DNA of 62,160 nt, the filler included, from Vannella sp. (Eukaryota), in assembly GCA_023345925.1 (NCBI GenBank). It is 6 parts of 6 records of this genome, joined end to end, with 100 filler letters (N's around TTAATTAATTAA, not from the genome) between each part and the next. Parts side by side here need not be neighbours in the genome. Positions count along the whole stretch, not along the records: positions 56,087 to 62,160 come from JAJQQN010000490.1; 5 more parts are not named here. One strand, given 5' to 3'. The position numbers were made by a program, and so were the translations under genes. Of this stretch, positions 59,066 to 62,160 are shown piece after piece (the stretch's first letter is position 1; each line of letters begins with the position of its first letter). The notes below the pieces were generated by a model. That model made no database searches and was not told where the DNA came from. It saw only the letters and a program-made list of their open reading frames with translations.

Positions 59066-59311
59066 AATGTTGCATATTTCGTCCAAACGTCTCCCATCTC
59101 GGATGATCGGGAGAATCCAACGAAGGCTCTTCGATCTTCCTTTCGAGCTTCTCAACATGCTGAAGCTGTCGAATGATTGAAGACTTGACTCTGGAAGCCC
59201 ATGGAGAGGGTGAAAAATAGAGCACAGAAGCTTCCAGCAAAGGGAGGAAAAGGGCGGGAAAAAGGGCGGGACGACGTTATGAGTTGTCTGCTTCATTACT
59301 GGACTCGCACG

Positions 59312-60191
59312 ATGGGCAAGGTAACGACTGTGTTACTTCAAGAAAGGGAGAGTGTTCACTCTGTCACAGTTGGCCAAAAGCATTCGTTATGAAGAGGAAG
59401 GAAGCGATTACGATTCCGAAGTGGAGCAGGAGAACTCTGCAGCGCCCAACAAACCTGCTCCCAAGGCAGCTCTACCAAAGAAGAAGGTAGGGATGGCGGC
59501 GCGCGGCGAAGGAGGCTTGTACTCACAGTATCTTCAGGTCTCCGCCTCCACTTCAACAACAGACGAAGCAGCGACCTGCTCTATGGCCTCCTACAAGCGA
59601 TTAGAAGCTCATTACAGGAACGAGCAAAAGATGCGCAAGTACATTGAGCAGATGTACGAGGAGGTGAAGCGCACTTCAGACTCCAAGTCTCAAGGTGATC
59701 CCTTTCTCCTCCTTTTCTTGAAGATCGACCACTTACGGGACTCTGTAGCTGCTGATCACTTGCTGGAACAACTGAAAGGCACAATTACTCGTCTGCAGAG
59801 TGAGAACAAGGAGCTCCAGGGGCTTGTGGAACGATCGGAGCGGAAGATGAAGATGATGCAGACTCTAACGTCGATTGAGATCGATATCATCGACGACCAG
59901 AAGACTCAGATGTCTGACACTGATCTAGCACTCACAGGGACACCAAGCAGTCAAGTGTTCTGCTGCAGAGTGTTCGGAAAAGCCGAACCCGATCAAGCCG
60001 ACCCCGCTATTGAGTTCGAGGTGAACCTGACGGAGGCTTCTGAAGTGGAGTACTCTCCTGTACACGTACGAGCTGATGTCCGTGCCCACCTCCCAGAGTA
60101 CATGGCGGAGGACATTGCCTTCGAAATCAAAGAGGCTCCTGTCTTCATCTCTCGCTTACTTGAACAAGTAGCAGGCTCAGCTGCTAACTAA
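59312..60191 (+). CDS. Coiled-coil plus RWD-like kinetochore protein, Csm1/Pcs1 (monopolin)-like
   Basis: A coiled coil followed by IEFEV...EVEYSP...HLPEYMAEDIAFEIKEAPVFISRL, resembling the Csm1/TITAN9 C-terminus. Confidence 0.6.
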
Positions 60192-60527
60192 ACAAGCTGT
60201 ATTCACTTTACCGACTTGTTCTCTCGTCTCTCACAACAAACAGGCGCATTCTGAAGCTTCTCTTCTCCTCTTTCTGGCCGAAGAGCCCCAAGAGAGCGAT
60301 CCCATGGCCCGTGGACATGCAGTTTGTCCCTCTCAGTACCAGCCACACTCATCAGACACAAGAAATGAAGAGGAAACCAGCCAAGGAGCCTCCTCCAGCA
60401 AGAAATAGCGCCAACCTCAACCCATCGCCATCCACTCCTCTTGTGGGAAGGAGGGGCCTTTAGCAAGGTTTGTTGAATTGCTTTTGTTGAGGGGAAGGAG
60501 AATCAGTGCCAGAGGACCGCTTGGGCG

Positions 60528-61592
60528 ATGGCGGGGCGGCGCAAGAAGGCGGACTTTAAAGACTTCGAGAGCAAGTCCATGGGCTCAGTGGAGAGGGTGA
60601 AGATGCTGGAGGATGGTGGAAGTACTCGTCCGCTGTCAGTATTCCCGGGGATCCCTGTTCTGGTGGAGGAGGATGCGGATCCGGAGGTGCGCGAGCGGAA
60701 GAAGAGCCAGTTTCAGATCCACCAAGCCGTGGGGGCTTGGGCAGGTGAATCTAAAGAGGAGGAAGAGGAGAAGGGTGATGAGACTCACGTTGGAGCTTCA
60801 AGATCACGCTCGTCTTCTCCACAGTCGTTCTCTCTTGGTGTTGGCAAGCGCCTAAAGTCTATGGGCTCCCTGGAGCTCCCTCTGCCTCGCAGAGGAACTC
60901 AAAGTCAGTCTCTTGTACATGGACAGCCATTCCCTGGTCTCCCTGTCTTCTCAGAAGGAGATGTGGCAGTGGCCAAGCGCGAAAGGGTTCGCAACATGCA
61001 CAAGATCGATCGCACGTTGGAGGATTGGGCAGGGGCACCTCTTGTTGTGGAGCCAAGAGCCAAACGAAAGAAGAAGACACCACGACAGAGCCGTGCGACC
61101 GTTCCTGACTGGTCAGAGAGGATAAGGGAGTCCATGAAGGAGTCGCAAGGCCCTTTCCCAGGCATACCTGTCTACTCAGAAGCAGAGATGTCTTTAGAGA
61201 AGCGAGAAGAAGTCAAGCAGAAGCACCAGATCGAGAAGACCATCGAAGAGTGGGCTGGCTTCAAAGAAGGGACTGACAAGCCCTCTCGTGAGCCCAGGCA
61301 CCGACGGAGTCAATCACTCTCCCAAAAGAAGAAGCCCAGAGTGCGTGGAGGAGATGGAGAGAGTGGAGGGAGTGTCCGAGCAAGTGGCACAGAAACATTC
61401 CCTGGAATCATCCTTCATTCGGAAGAAGACGCCACGTTGGAGCGACGTGCTCAGAGAAGGCAAGAAAGAAAGATTGAACGATCGATTGAAGACTGGGCTG
61501 GCAAACCAGCCGTCCCTGAACCCACTTCCCGGTCTCTCTTGGCGCTTCTCTCTCCGCGCCGTTTGCAAGGGAATCGCACCATGACTGATTGA
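60528..61592 (+). CDS. Hypothetical protein with four 35-aa FPG...WAG repeats
   Basis: 354-aa intronless ORF; the four repeats align without gaps. Confidence 0.75.
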   Translation: MAGRRKKADFKDFESKSMGSVERVKMLEDGGSTRPLSVFPGIPVLVEEDADPEVRERKKSQFQIHQAVGAWAGESKEEEEEKGDETHVGASRSRSSSPQSFSLGVGKRLKSMGSLELPLPRRGTQSQSLVHGQPFPGLPVFSEGDVAVAKRERVRNMHKIDRTLEDWAGAPLVVEPRAKRKKKTPRQSRATVPDWSERIRESMKESQGPFPGIPVYSEAEMSLEKREEVKQKHQIEKTIEEWAGFKEGTDKPSREPRHRRSQSLSQKKKPRVRGGDGESGGSVRASGTETFPGIILHSEEDATLERRAQRRQERKIERSIEDWAGKPAVPEPTSRSLLALLSPRRLQGNRTMTD

Positions 61593-61661
61593 ACACTTTA
61601 ATGGCTGACGTTCGAAGCTTCTGTATATAAACCCATCCAGCAGCCCTCTGTCCAGATCCAT

Positions 61662-62160
61662 TCAGACACTTTGGTTCTCGAGAATGATTCCTTCAATGTC
61701 CAGAGACACGATACTGAAGTTTCCTGGTACCTTCCATTTGAAGGAGGAGAAGAATTGATCATTTCTCTTGACTGAGAACCACTGGGAGAGGCAGGAACGA
61801 TCAGACCCAAAGGCTGGGGAGCATTCCGCCTGGTGAAGGATTTTCCATTTGCCATTTCGTTCTCCAGAGAAAGTCCACTTTGACATGTGCGCCTTTTCAT
61901 CTCCTTCGTGCCTTAGTAGGTACTGCGAAGGAGCGATCAGGAGACCTTTCGGGAGTTGAATTTGGAAATGGGAAGGACTTTCTTTGGCATAAGAGTTCTC
62001 CACTCCGTCGTTTACCTTGTTAAGTCTGAAGAGGTCCGAGTACTTTTTATGCCCGCCAGAAGAGGATAGAGAGACTGTTGTCTCTCTCAAAAGGTGCTCG
62101 TTTGAACAAAGAAGCTCGGCCAAGCTCCTGACCGTGTCCAGACCGGCTGAGCAATGTTTG
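61662..62160 (-). CDS. 3' part of a protein with a discoidin/galactose-binding-like beta-sandwich
   Basis: SHFQIQLP...IAPSQYLLRH...SKWTFSG...WKILH resembles the F5/8-like domains of HECTD1/BTB-type proteins. Confidence 0.5.
   Translation of the reverse strand, partial: KHCSAGLDTVRSLAELLCSNEHLLRETTVSLSSSGGHKKYSDLFRLNKVNDGVENSYAKESPSHFQIQLPKGLLIAPSQYLLRHEGDEKAHMSKWTFSGERNGKWKILHQAECSPAFGSDRSCLSQWFSVKRNDQFFSSFKWKVPGNFSIVSLDIEGIILENQSV

Overview
Gene-dense eukaryotic (protist) DNA of roughly balanced GC, with short GT-AG introns of about 40-60 nt and very short intergenic spacers. The gene content (TKL kinases with IPT or GAF domains, SH3-RhoGEF, a single-pass GAIN/GPS protein, S/T-rich surface proteins) suggests an amoebozoan-like organism, which is an inference. 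The window is six contigs joined by artificial 100-bp N/TTAATTAATTAA/N linkers, so adjacency across linkers is not real synteny. About 35 genes are recognisable, including PINX1-like, WRAP73, PCIF1, DAP, CWC21, TRF-like Myb, CHAF1B, PSD2, EDC4, MED23, Aurora, TMEM245, VTI1, ProRS, NIFK and Csm1-like. The top finding is a five-exon gene, split into pieces by the ORF track, encoding a DEP-PH-glutathione peroxidase fusion. It has an in-frame UGA at the catalytic selenocysteine position and a canonical type II SECIS in its 3' UTR. Other highlights are a conserved ~120-nt hairpin element present upstream of unrelated genes on two contigs (candidate ncRNA, possibly spliced-leader-like), E2F-like sites before cell-cycle genes, a protein with four copies of an unfamiliar 35-aa FPG...WAG repeat, a disrupted GAIN/GPS mucin-like gene with a bacterial-like head domain, and a tandem duplication carrying a decayed PCIF1 fragment. 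All calls come from reading the sequence; no database searches were run.
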